64,000 bases of DNA from an uncultured delta proteobacterium (GTDB taxonomy: Bacteria; Myxococcota_A; Polyangia; Polyangiales; JAFGIB01), in NCBI GenBank assembly GCA_963778655.1, contig CAVZVA010000010.1, positions 96,001 through 160,000 of the forward strand, written 5' to 3'. The notes under the pieces are model-generated. The model made no database searches and was not told where the DNA came from. It worked only from the letters and a program-made list of their open reading frames with translations. Within the stretch, counting starts at the first letter, position 1; each line of letters begins with the position of its first letter. The position numbers were made by a program, and so were the translations under genes. Of this stretch, positions 50,240-60,040 are shown piece after piece.

Positions 50240-51613
50240 GTGAAACAGTACGACGCGATTATCATCGGTGCTGGACAGGCAGGCCCGCCGCTCGCCGGCC
50301 GCTTGACTCGCGCGGGCATGAAGGTCGCGCTGATCGAACGCAAACAGCTCGGCGGGACCTGCCTGAACACGGGATGCACGCCCACCAAGACGCTGGTCGC
50401 GAGCGCGTATGCCGCGCACCTCGCGCGCCGCGCTGCGGACTACGGCATCATGGCCGGCGACATCCGCATCGACATGCCGCGCGTCAAGGCGCGGGCCGAC
50501 AGCGTCGTAACGAATTCGCGCGAGGGCCTCGAAGGCTGGTTGCGCAGCATGCAGCATTGCACGCTGATCAATGGCCACGCTCGCCTCGAAGGTCCGACAC
50601 GCGTCCGCGTCGGTGACGTGCAGCTGACTGCGTCGCGCATTTTTATCAACGTCGGCGCGCGCGCGCTGGTTCCGGAGCTGCCCGGCGTCGATCTCGTGCC
50701 GTACCTCCTGAACACTTCGATCCTCGCGCTCGATCGCGTGCCGGAGCACCTGGCTGTGATCGGCGGCAGCTACATTGGGCTGGAGTTCGCGCAGATCTTT
50801 CGTCGCTTCGGCGCGCAGGTCACGGTGATCGAGAAGGCGCCGCGGCTGATCGCGCGCGAAGACGAAGACGTCTCAGAGGCGATTCGCGACATCTTCCTGC
50901 GTGAAGGCATCGGCGTACGCACCTCGGCCGAGTGCATCCGCTTGGCTGCGCACGAACGTGGCGTGGCGGTCGGGCTCGAGTGCCAGGAGGGGCCGCCAGA
51001 GACGATCGCGACAGACGTACTCCTTGCCGTGGGTCGCGTGCCCAACACCGCTGATCTAGGACTGGAGCTCGCTGGCGTCGAGACAGACGCGCGCGGCTAC
51101 ATCGTGGTCGATGACTCGCTCGCGACGAACGTGCCTGGAATCTGGGCGCTGGGTGATTGTAACGGCCGCGGCGCGTTCACGCACACGTCTTGGAACGACT
51201 ATGAGATAGTCGCAGCGAATCTGCTCGATGGCGCGCACCGACGAGTGAGCGACCGCATCGTCGCTTATGCGCTATACATCGATCCGCCACTCGGACGCGT
51301 CGGGAAGACCGAAGCGCAAGTGCGCGAGAGTGGCGTCCCATACTCCGTCGCCGTGCGACCGATGACGCACGTCGGCCGTGCGATCGAGAAAGGCGAGACG
51401 CTCGGCTTGATGAAAGTCATCGTCGACCCCGAAACGCAGGCCATCCTGGGTGCCGCGATCCTCGGGACCGGTGGCGACGAAGCGATCCACGGTGTCATCG
51501 ACATGATGAACGCGCACGCGAAGTACCCCGTGCTGCAGTGGGCGGTGCCGATCCACCCGACGGTGTCGGAGCTAGTCCCGACGCTGCTCACAGAGTTGCG
51601 TCCGACTCGCTGA
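50240..51613 (+). CDS. FAD-dependent pyridine nucleotide-disulfide oxidoreductase (MerA/RclA-like)
   Basis: IGAGQAG, GGTCLNTGCTPTK, GGSYIGLE and IHPTVSE; no C-terminal Cys pair. Confidence 0.92.
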   Translation: MKQYDAIIIGAGQAGPPLAGRLTRAGMKVALIERKQLGGTCLNTGCTPTKTLVASAYAAHLARRAADYGIMAGDIRIDMPRVKARADSVVTNSREGLEGWLRSMQHCTLINGHARLEGPTRVRVGDVQLTASRIFINVGARALVPELPGVDLVPYLLNTSILALDRVPEHLAVIGGSYIGLEFAQIFRRFGAQVTVIEKAPRLIAREDEDVSEAIRDIFLREGIGVRTSAECIRLAAHERGVAVGLECQEGPPETIATDVLLAVGRVPNTADLGLELAGVETDARGYIVVDDSLATNVPGIWALGDCNGRGAFTHTSWNDYEIVAANLLDGAHRRVSDRIVAYALYIDPPLGRVGKTEAQVRESGVPYSVAVRPMTHVGRAIEKGETLGLMKVIVDPETQAILGAAILGTGGDEAIHGVIDMMNAHAKYPVLQWAVPIHPTVSELVPTLLTELRPTR

Positions 51614-51927
51614 CTGAACCGAGCGCAGCGCGCTCGAAGATGCTCTGGAAATGCTGAGGCCTCACGCCTTCGGGTGCGCTTGCGTCCAGTCGCCCTCGAG
51701 CTGCAGCTCGGGCTGGTGGGGGCCACGGCGCGCGTTCCCATGCCGGCCGCTCGGTGTCGCGGTTGCGGTCCAACGGGTCGGAAAACCTACTGGCAGAAAC
51801 TGGCAGATGATCGCAACGACGACAATACGATCGTCCAATGGCATCGGGCTTTCGCAGGACGCAAGCTCTGTGCGAAGACGGGCCGCTTCTACGCGCCCGC
51901 AGATTCAGACACAAAAGGAGCGTTGTC

Positions 51928-52653
51928 ATGGCAAAGATACTTTTCATCGTGAGCGGAGCTACGTACTGGGTGCTCAAGGACGGCACGCGGTACGCCACGG
52001 GTTACTGGGCCGAAGAGTTCGCGAAACCCTACAGGATCATCACCGACGCCGGTCACGAGGTCGTGGTCGCGACGCCCAACGGCGTGGTGCCGAACGTCGA
52101 CATGATGAGCTTGCGGCCAGAAATGGCTGGCGGCATCCAGGGGGCCCTCGAGCTGGAGGCAATCATCCGATCTGCCGAGGTGTTGCGTAGACCGTTGAAG
52201 CTGTCGGACGTTCGCCTCGAGGACTATGACGCAGTCTACCTGCCAGGCGGCCATGGGCCGATGGCGGACCTGGCTTTCGACGCCGACGTTGGACGGTTGC
52301 TGACCGCACAGCTCGCCTCGGGCAATCCACTCTTCATCGTATGCCACGGTCCGGCCGCGATGCTTGCCACCAGAATCCACGGCGTGTCGCCCTTCAAAGG
52401 CTATCGCGTCACGGGCTTTACCAACGAGGAGGAGGAGGCGGTCGGGGTCGCTTCCATGTCCACGTGGCTCTTGGAGACGGACCTCAAGAAAAAGGTCGGC
52501 GTCGAGTTCAGCCGCGGCCAGATCTGGGCACCTTACATGGTCGAGGATCGGAACCTGGTCACAGGGCAGAATCCTGCGTCCGCCGCCGTCCTGGCGAAGC
52601 GGCTGCTCGATGTCCTCGAGTCCAGAGAGCCTCGAGTGAAGAACGTCGCGTGA
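51928..52653 (+). CDS. DJ-1/PfpI (type 1 glutamine amidotransferase-like) protein
   Basis: GYWAEE, YLPGGHGPM, VCHGPA and VTGQNPAS; AAGGAG RBS. Confidence 0.92.
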   Translation: MAKILFIVSGATYWVLKDGTRYATGYWAEEFAKPYRIITDAGHEVVVATPNGVVPNVDMMSLRPEMAGGIQGALELEAIIRSAEVLRRPLKLSDVRLEDYDAVYLPGGHGPMADLAFDADVGRLLTAQLASGNPLFIVCHGPAAMLATRIHGVSPFKGYRVTGFTNEEEEAVGVASMSTWLLETDLKKKVGVEFSRGQIWAPYMVEDRNLVTGQNPASAAVLAKRLLDVLESREPRVKNVA

Positions 52654-52929
52654 AGACCGGCGGGGCGCGTGCACGGCCGTGAGCCCGCTCGATGACGAGC
52701 GAGCCCGTTCGCGCACGCGTCCCCGTCGCGTCAGCGTAAACCTCGACGATAGCCAGGCCGACAGGAGCATGCCCGTCAGGTACCAATCTTGGCGTTGGGG
52801 CCGCGGGTGCACGGCACCCGCGCTCGCCGCGTTTGCCGTCACGGGCTTGTGTCGAACCCCCGTGTCCATCGTGGGAGACGCCTCGTGATCTTGCCCTTCG
52901 ACCGCGTCGCCACTTACACCCGCAGTCTC

Positions 52930-53530
52930 GTCCGGGGCGTTGACCGGAAGAAGTTGAGCATGCCACCAAGACGCTTGCGGCGCAGAACGCGTCCGGTCGC
53001 CGCCAGCTCGTGCTCCGGCGGCTCGATCAGGCGGTTGTCGAGCCCTTGATGATTTCGTTCTGCGTGAGAGTGCGCGACGTATTCATAGACGAGCTCCCGA
53101 AGATGCCGCGCGCCGCGCGCCGGCAGCCGCACGCTCTTGACACCGGAGCCGACAAGCAGCGCGGAACCCGACAGTGAACACCGGGGTGCGGTCCGTGATC
53201 AGGTAGCGGTGACCCGTCAGACAGCCGTCGAAGGCGTCGGTCAAGTTGCGCGCGATCTGTCGCATCCATCCATCGTAGGTTCGCGAACGATGCCCGCGAT
53301 CTCCACCCTTCGGCGGGCCAGATCCATGACGACAAGCACGTGGTATCGGACCAAGCCGACCAGCGTGAGCACCTCGACCGTGAAGAAGTCCATGGCCGCG
53401 ATCGCATTCCAGTGAGCGCGCAGGAACGTGCTCCGACGCGTCTGCTTGCCGCGTTCGGGTGCGGGCTCGGTCCCATGTGCGCGCCTACGGCTTTCACAGC
53501 GCCCAGAGCCTCATCGCGTTGCTCTTCCTT
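52930..53530 (-). mobile_element. Decayed rve integrase-core transposase (longest copy)
   Basis: [16 protein letters not shown]..., [25 protein letters not shown] and RLGGMLNFF; several frameshifts. Confidence 0.85.
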
Positions 53531-53534
53531 TTGA

Positions 53535-53991
53535 TGGCTGAGTTGAAGCAATACCAGGCGATTCGCTCGAGGTTCGGATCGGGGTAACAGTCCTTCTGGG
53601 GGTAACGCGTGATGTCGCCGTCGTAGAAGGCCGTGCGCGTGCCTGCGCGGGCGGCGTATTCCCATTCTGCATCGGTGAGCAGGCGATAGCCGGTGCATTC
53701 GTAGACGCTCGGAGCCGTCAGCGTCACCGAGGCACAGGTCATTCCCTCGCCGACCGTGCCGGTGCAGTCGTTGAGTACGTAGCAAGAATCAAACCCCGTG
53801 GTCTCCGAGAGTTTGTTCGCATACGCAAGTGCTTCGTACCAGGTCACGTGACCGACCGGGCATTCAGCTTCCAGACAGTCCACCACACCGTGGGCGGTAT
53901 CCTGCTCGCTCGGGTTGCCGAACCCGAGGGCTATCCATTCGCTCTGGGTAGTTTCGTGTTGCCGGACCTCGAAGGCATGAGTCAGAGTCAC
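53535..53991 (-). pseudogene. Formylglycine-generating enzyme (SUMF1/FGE) domain fragment
   Basis: EVRQHETTQ, PVGHVTWYEA, YRLLTDAEWEYAARAG and IAWY; cut by mobile elements on both sides. Confidence 0.8.
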
Positions 53992-54044
53992 GGCTGCTTC
54001 ATCCTCGACCTGCAGGGGGTGACCCCATTCCGATGTATCCGGGC

Positions 54045-54886
54045 ATATGGGGACGGTCCTCGATATATCGATTGTTGTATTGGTGGAGGGGACCGTGGTA
54101 GGCGAGGTGCTCGATGCCGCGAACTGCGCGCGTGAGGTTGGCTGGAGGGGTGTCCCACGTGGTGTCGCGGTTTGCGCGGGGGGTGGTGAGCAGGTGGTGA
54201 GCTACCACTACGGTCAGGCGATGACGACTCCAGCAGAGCTCGACGAGCCAGCGCGCACGCTGGGACGGGCATATGGGGACGGTCCTCGATATATCGATTG
54301 TTGTATTGGTGGAGGGGACCGTGGTAGGCGAGGTGCTCGATGCCGCGAACTGCGCGCGTGAGGTTGGCTGGAGGGGTGTCCCACGTGGTGTCGCGGTTTG
54401 CGCGGGGGGTGGTGAGCTACCACTACGGTCAGGCGATGACGACTCCAGCAGAGCTCGACGAGCCAGCGCGCACGCTGACGGCGCTGCTCTCTGGTCGCCG
54501 CCGCCCACGTCCGCGCACCAAGACCAAGGCCACGGCCGATGCGCTGCCGGTGCGGTATCATGTGGACGTGCAGGAGACCTGACCTGTGCTGCGAGGGGAT
54601 GGAGTGGAAGCGAGAAACGTAGGTTATCGAAGTATCGCGGACCGTCCCCATTTGCACTGGTCGCCGCCGCCCACGTCCGCGCACCAAGACCAAGGCCACG
54701 GCCGATGCGCTGCCGGTGCGGTATCATGTGGACGTGCAGGAGACCTGACCTGTGCTGCGAGGGGATGGAGTGGAAGCGAGAAACGTAGGTTATCGAAGTA
54801 TCGCGGACCGTCCCCATTTGCCCCCCATTTGCCCCTCCGACGGCTGGTAGCGAGTCCGTCCCCATTTGCCCCCATTTGCCTCCGGC
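54045..54886 (+). mobile_element. Tandem cluster of RAYT-derived miniature elements with inverted REP-like ends
   Basis: Left end ATGGGGACGGTCCTCGATA (54047, 54273); right end TATCGCGGACCGTCCCCATTT (about 54653, 54819); mini-ORF MPRTARVRLAGGVSHVVSRF (54340-54582). Confidence 0.75.
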
Positions 54887-54999
54887 AATTGCCCGGCCGA
54901 GTCCTGGTACAGGACGGGCATCGCAGGTAGCATGCGAGGCGCGGGCACATCCCGTCGTGGCGAGCTCGCCGACGCGTGCGCTGCCTCGGGAGGCATTCG

Positions 55000-55749
55000 A
55001 TGTCTGCTTGCTCGAGTTGGATCCGAAACGGACTGGGACTGTCGTTGCTGTGCGCGGCGTTCGGCTGCGGAGGCGGCGGCGATCAGACCAGGGGCGCAAA
55101 GCTCGACCTGCCTCCGAACGCGAAGCTGGCGAGCCTGACGCCGGCCGACGGCATGAAGGTGTGCGCGTTTCTGCTCGAGTCAGCCAAGCAGATCACCGAC
55201 GCAGACCAGGCGCGTTACACCTGCGTGATCACGGGAGGAATCGCGAGCTCACAGATCGGCCCGGACGGCAGGGACGTGATCGACAGGGCCAAATGCCAAC
55301 AGGCCATGAACGAGTGTCTGGCCGTCGAAACACCCGCGCACGTGGACACCAGTTGCGGCGGTAGCAGCTACTATGCGCGCCTCTCCGCTTGCAGCGCCAC
55401 GGCGGCCGAGCTGCAGGACTGCATCAATGCAGCTTTCGCCGAGCAGCATCGCATCTACAGCACGCTCTCCTGCGCCGAGCTCACCCCGGGCTCGGGCGCG
55501 GTGCCCTTCATGCTCCCCGACCCCGACGCGCAATCGCTGCCCGAGTGCCAGGCGCTCACCACGCAGTGCCCCGCCGTGCTCCAAGGCATGTACTCTCCCA
55601 CCGGCTCGACCCCGATGTCCTCGCCGACCGGCTGCGACGACAGCTGCGTCCATGCCAACGACGGCTTCTGCGACGATGGCGGCCCTGGCGCCATCCGCGT
55701 GGCCAGCTGTGCCCTCGGCACCGATTGCAGCGACTGCGGCCCGCGCTGA
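55000..55749 (+). CDS. Cys-rich lipoprotein
   Basis: GGAGG RBS, AFGC lipobox and C-terminal CDDSC..NDGFCDDGG..C.LGTDCSDCGPR. Confidence 0.78.
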   Translation: MSACSSWIRNGLGLSLLCAAFGCGGGGDQTRGAKLDLPPNAKLASLTPADGMKVCAFLLESAKQITDADQARYTCVITGGIASSQIGPDGRDVIDRAKCQQAMNECLAVETPAHVDTSCGGSSYYARLSACSATAAELQDCINAAFAEQHRIYSTLSCAELTPGSGAVPFMLPDPDAQSLPECQALTTQCPAVLQGMYSPTGSTPMSSPTGCDDSCVHANDGFCDDGGPGAIRVASCALGTDCSDCGPR

Positions 55750-55924
55750 GGCGCGGCTGGGAGGACGCGGACCGCCTCAGTGTGCTCTTGCGCCCGCCTG
55801 ACCAGGCGCTCGCACTGGCGCGGTCACGTCGGCACGACGAAGACCAAGCGCACGCGGACCGTGCCCGTCGTATCCCACTATTCGATCGAGGTTCATGCAG
55901 CGGCTCGGTAGTATTCGAGGCGAG

Positions 55925-56365
55925 ATAGCGCTCGATGCGGTCAATCGCTGCATCGTCTTGTTCGAGCGCCAGGCCCCAGTTTGTGAGGCGGTGCTCTCGG
56001 TCGACTTTTTGAAGTGGCAGCATCTGCGGGGCCTGGGCCAGGCGCTCGGTCAGATGGAAGCGGTCGATGACGCTGTCCCAGGCTTGCAGGCCGAGGTTAC
56101 CAAGTGCGACCTCCAGAAGTGACCACAACTCGGGTGCCGCATCCTGCACGGTGCCAATCGGCAACGCAGAACGACGCTTTCGCCGTCGAGATTACTGGGC
56201 GTGCTCGAGGTCAGCCATCATGCTGCCAAAGACAGTCTTGGGGCCTTCATCGGCCGAAGCGCTGTAGCGAAATGTGGCAAGCGCGTCACCTTGCGCGTCG
56301 GTCACCGTGACGGTACCTACGTACGCCATGCGGTAGTTGACATCGATCGGCTCCGGCTTTTTGCG
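55925..56365 (-). mobile_element. ISKra4-like transposase fragment
   Basis: VNYRMAYVGTVT...QDAAPELW...IDRFHLTERL...AIDRIERYL. Confidence 0.65.
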
Positions 56366-56366
56366 G

Positions 56367-56468
56367 TATGCGCTGTGGATTTGGGCCTACGCGCTCGCAT
56401 GGTTTCTGTTCAACGACGTCGTCAAGTGGGCGGCATACCGCATGCTGCGGGGACGCGCCACTGTATGA
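56367..56468 (+). pseudogene. C-terminal tip resembling a proton-efflux P-type ATPase
   Basis: YALWIWAYALAWFLFNDVVKWAAYRML. Confidence 0.45.
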
Positions 56469-56631
56469 CGACTGGGCTCAGCGGCTCGCGCGGGATCGAC
56501 AGGGTGCCAAGCGGTTTGCGAGCCAGCGCAACCAAGGTGCGCGAGATCGCGCCGGCGCAGCGCGAAAAAGGCGAGCTCCACGACCGCAGGACCCGTCCGG
56601 CGGCCTGCGACCTACGATCCGGCCTCACTCA

Positions 56632-57099
56632 CTATTGGGCGAGGTCCACAACGACCGAACCGATCTGACTCAAGTCGGGCGCGTCGTTGGTAATGCCGAC
56701 GTCCATGACATGGTAGCTCTGCGCGTCGACGGTGAGCGTGAGAACGCGGCCCTGCGGGGCGGATACCCCGGGTGGGCTACTTCCGGCCGTAAACGGACCG
56801 CCCGTGAGCTCGATGACGTACACCGGCGAATGATCGCCAACGATATCACCGCTGATGATCTTTTCGGCGGCCTGATGGTCCGGGGAGGCCGCGGCAATCA
56901 TGGTCTGCGGCAAAGACGCCCCGGCAGCCTGCAACGCCAAAGCGCGGAGCTTGGCCCTCACCTTCGGGTCTCCCAAGGAAGCCTGCAGTGCTTCCGCGCT
57001 GACCACCCCTACACCCGCGTCGGCACCGCCACGATCACTCGACTGTCCGCACGCACCTGTGGCAGCGAGCGCAAGGAGCATTGCGAAAGCGATGCGCAT
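56632..57099 (-). CDS. Hypothetical lipoprotein
   Basis: MRIAFAMLLALAATGAC lipobox. Confidence 0.7.
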   Translation of the reverse strand: MRIAFAMLLALAATGACGQSSDRGGADAGVGVVSAEALQASLGDPKVRAKLRALALQAAGASLPQTMIAAASPDHQAAEKIISGDIVGDHSPVYVIELTGGPFTAGSSPPGVSAPQGRVLTLTVDAQSYHVMDVGITNDAPDLSQIGSVVVDLAQ

Positions 57100-57311
57100 A
57101 CAGCCAGCATACGGCCGGTGGGAAACGGTCGCAAGCCTTGGCGCGCCGGCGTCTTCGTCGTTGCACAGCTCTCGAATGTGCTCGCTCACACAGGCCGTGA
57201 GGTCGCTGGCCCGGCAGCGCGGCACGGCGGGGCGCCCTCGAGCACCTGGTTCGTGAGCGCCCGCAACCCGGTCTCGGCGGGCTGAGCCCGCGGCAGAGCC
57301 GGCTCGCGCGC

Positions 57312-58511
57312 CTACGGCAAGTTGGCCGAGGCGGTTTCCCAGGCGCTGTCCTGGCACAACGCGCAGCTGCTGCCGACGAGGAAACCCTTGCCGGTGGCGG
57401 TCTCGTCGCCCTTCAGCCACCAGTTCAGCCAGGCCAGGTCGAGCTTGGTGAAGTCCCCGCCGTTCTTCTGGAATAGATCGCCGCCGTGGCCGAGATCCTT
57501 GCTGAACAGCATGATCGGAATGCCCAGGGCGCTGATGTTGTCGTAGTCGCGCTTGCCGTTCTGGTATGCGATGTCGCCGCTGCCACCGAGCGCGATCAGC
57601 ACGGGCGTGTGGATGGACTTGTAGAGCATCTGATCCGCGGCGAACAGCCCGCTGCTGTTGAGCATCCAGGTCGTGAGGCGGGGATCGCCCGCTGTGCCCT
57701 CGGCCATCAATCCGCCGCAGGAGAACCCCGCGGTGGCGATCTTGGTCGTATCGAGGCTCTGGTAATACGCGCTGCAGGGCTTCTCGTTCTCGGCAACGGC
57801 CCAATCGATGTACGCGATCATGGGCTTCCCCATCGACACGGTGTCGCCCATGCTGCGATTGCCGCTTCCCATGCCGCTCGGTGGGCCGTCGGTGATGACG
57901 AAGTAGCCGTGGGACGCGATCTCGCCCATGGCCGTGGAGTTCGACAATCCCTGCTGCGCGCAGCCGCCCTCTCCCCAGACGAGGATCGGGTACTTCTCGA
58001 CTCCGCCCAGGTCCATGGGTCGGATGATGGTCCCCTCATTGATGCCGGGGTCGGAATTGGACTCGACGACCACCTGGTGCGGCCCGCTGCCCGATACCTT
58101 CGCGCTCGCCGGCTGCGACGCGGTGCAGGTGCCACTGCCCATGGTTCCGCCGGCTCCGCCTGTGCCCGCGCCGGCCATGCCGGCCGCGCCGGCGCCGGCC
58201 GCGCTCCCGGCCGCTCCGGTCATGGACGTGGCTCCGCCGGTCCCTGTGCCTACGCCGCCGGTTCCTGCAGGGGCGCGCTGACCTCCCGTCGCAGAGCCGA
58301 AGGTGCCGCCGGTCGCCCCAGGCGTATTGGCGGAAGGTGTCGACGTCATGTCACCGCTTCCGCCGCTCGCCTGGCCGGAAAACCCTCCGGTGTTGGCCAG
58401 CGAGCCGCCCGAGCCGCCAGTCCCCGTTGCCGGAAACATGGCGTCCGTGCCGGTCTTCTTCGACTCGCAGGCAAGCACGAGAAGCGCCGACCCGATGATG
58501 GAAATGGTCAT
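57312..58511 (-). CDS. Lipoprotein alpha/beta hydrolase (chlorophyllase/polyesterase-like) with a Gly-rich linker
   Basis: VLAC lipobox, WGEGGC, IASHGY, GFSCGG, GGSGD and GHGG; start uncertain. Confidence 0.8.
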   Translation of the reverse strand: MTISIIGSALLVLACESKKTGTDAMFPATGTGGSGGSLANTGGFSGQASGGSGDMTSTPSANTPGATGGTFGSATGGQRAPAGTGGVGTGTGGATSMTGAAGSAAGAGAAGMAGAGTGGAGGTMGSGTCTASQPASAKVSGSGPHQVVVESNSDPGINEGTIIRPMDLGGVEKYPILVWGEGGCAQQGLSNSTAMGEIASHGYFVITDGPPSGMGSGNRSMGDTVSMGKPMIAYIDWAVAENEKPCSAYYQSLDTTKIATAGFSCGGLMAEGTAGDPRLTTWMLNSSGLFAADQMLYKSIHTPVLIALGGSGDIAYQNGKRDYDNISALGIPIMLFSKDLGHGGDLFQKNGGDFTKLDLAWLNWWLKGDETATGKGFLVGSSCALCQDSAWETASANLP

Positions 58512-58845
58512 CGCGCTCAATCGAGCGCGCCGCACGAGCGCGAGCGGCAGCGCGGCGTGCGCTTGCCCCGCGCGACGCGAGATCTCGGATCCTGCCCATG
58601 ACCAGCTCCTTGTTCCTTGGCGGAGGCGCCGCGGTCCAAGCACCTCCGCCGCGGTTCAGTCGATCCCGATGAGCAGTGGCGGGCGCACGGTGGGTCCGTC
58701 ACGCGAAACCTCGCCGGCTTTCAATCACCTGGTTGCCTGCAAGCTTTGCAGACGGGCGGCTGCAAGCGTGATCGGGCGGTCGATTCTCGCGGCGGGGACA
58801 GGTTGCGCCGCTGGGACGGCCCTCGAACCCGGTCCCTCAGGCTGC

Positions 58846-58860
58846 TGGCACGATGCGTGC
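58846..58860 (+). promoter_or_regulatory. Putative sigma54 promoter
   Basis: TGGCACGATGCGTGC, 40 bp upstream of the ATG at 58900. Confidence 0.45.
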
Positions 58861-58899
58861 GAGACACCAGGGCGTGCTCCTTCGGGACGGAGGTGAGCC

Positions 58900-59076
58900 A
58901 TGGATCTGCAACCGCGCATCTTGGTGGCCGAGGATGACGTCGATGTCCGCGGCGCTCTGGTCGATTGCTTGCGCCAGGGCGGCAACGACGTCGTGGACGT
59001 TCCGGACGGGGATCACGTCAGAGAGTATATCGACGAATGCATGCTCTACGACGTGCCTCACAAGCGCGGGGGATAG
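58900..59076 (+). pseudogene. Response regulator N-terminus, truncated by the repeat element
   Basis: GGAGG RBS; RILVAEDDVDVR..L...G..V...DG; the stop codon is supplied by the repeat. Confidence 0.7.
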
Positions 59077-59177
59077 TCGGGATGAAGAGCCGATTCGAGG
59101 GGGCCAGTCGGGATGAAGAGCCGAATGGAGCGCGGTGCAGTTGCAGGCGAGTTGACATATTGTGTTGACTGCGAAGC
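59071..59177. repeat. Dispersed repeat (homolog of 988-1064) forming the intron 5' exon, with an internal duplication
   Basis: AGTCGGGATGAAGAGCCGA occurs twice, followed by GGCGAGTTGACATATT. Confidence 0.75.
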
Positions 59178-59691
59178 GTGCGCCGCGAGGCGCGAGGCGC
59201 GAGGAGGACCGATGAGCTGAAGACCTCATCACTGTCCGGGTCGGGCCGGGCATTAAGGGCGTCGTGAACCCCGCCTAGGTTGGAATGGCGGGCTGCAAAA
59301 GCCGAACGACGTCAACTTTGTGCGCTCTCCGAGCGGCTCACCGCAAGGAGGGATTCTTTCTCCCCTACTCGCCAACATCGCGCTGAGCACCATCGACGAG
59401 CGGTACGAACGCCATGCTTGGCCACGTGGGCTCGCCACCCGGCGCTCTCACGTGGGCCGACCGAGCAAAGCGCTCACCGAGCCCGACGACATTGCCCAGC
59501 GCGCGCTCGTCAATCGCGCCAACGACAGACGGCGCGGTTTTCCGGTCTTGATGCCGATTCGGTACGCCGATGACTTCATCATCTTGGTCAGCGAACCCGC
59601 CGGCGCCCCCGCTGGCGGGCAACTCGCGAACCAAGAGAAGGCCGCCTTGGCGGGGGGTCGACCCGAGTAAGGCGCCGCGTGCCCACTCTAC
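59178..59691 (+). mobile_element. Internally deleted group II intron with an RT fragment
   Basis: 5' GTGCGCCGCGAGGCGC; 3' CCCACTCTAC; RT4 GSPQGGILSPLLANIAL and RT5 RYADDF; flanks match the uninterrupted repeat at 1051-1090. Confidence 0.8.
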
Positions 59692-59719
59692 AGAGCCTAC
59701 CTTCCCCCGGCGGCAGCGT

Positions 59720-59840
59720 GGATCGACACCGAGGCGTAAATCTGCGTCGTGTTCACGTCTTGGTGCCCGAGAATCGCCTGGATGTACCGGATGTCAGCAC
59801 CGCCTTCGAGTAGCGCCGTCGCACAGGCGTGTCGGAACTG
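59720..59840 (-). pseudogene. XerC/D-like tyrosine recombinase C-terminal fragment
   Basis: [34 protein letters not shown]. Confidence 0.85.
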
Positions 59841-60040
59841 ACGCACTACGCTTGCCGAGCTTCGCTTGATCGACGTAGCCGCCCACAAGGTCGGTGGCCC
59901 TCGCGAGCGTCTATCGCCAGCTGCCAACGATGTCACTTGGTTCCAGCCCGAAGCGACCCTGTCCCTCGAACTTATTCGCGCAGCAAGTCCCCATCGAGGG
60001 ATAGCCGGTCGCCGCAGGACTCGCGTAATAGCCTGGCGCA

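Noticed and set aside
50240..51613. merA mercury resistance
   Set aside because: No C-terminal Cys-Cys pair, no N-terminal metal-binding domain and no mer operon genes.
54045..54886. Possible CRISPR array
   Set aside because: Units are long partial duplications with inverted ends and no unique spacers; no cas genes in the window.
59320..59670. Retron, DGR or CRISPR-associated reverse transcriptase
   Set aside because: The GSPQGGILSPLLANI/YADD motifs and GTGCG...AC boundaries fit a group II intron; no template/variable repeat pair or msr-msd seen.
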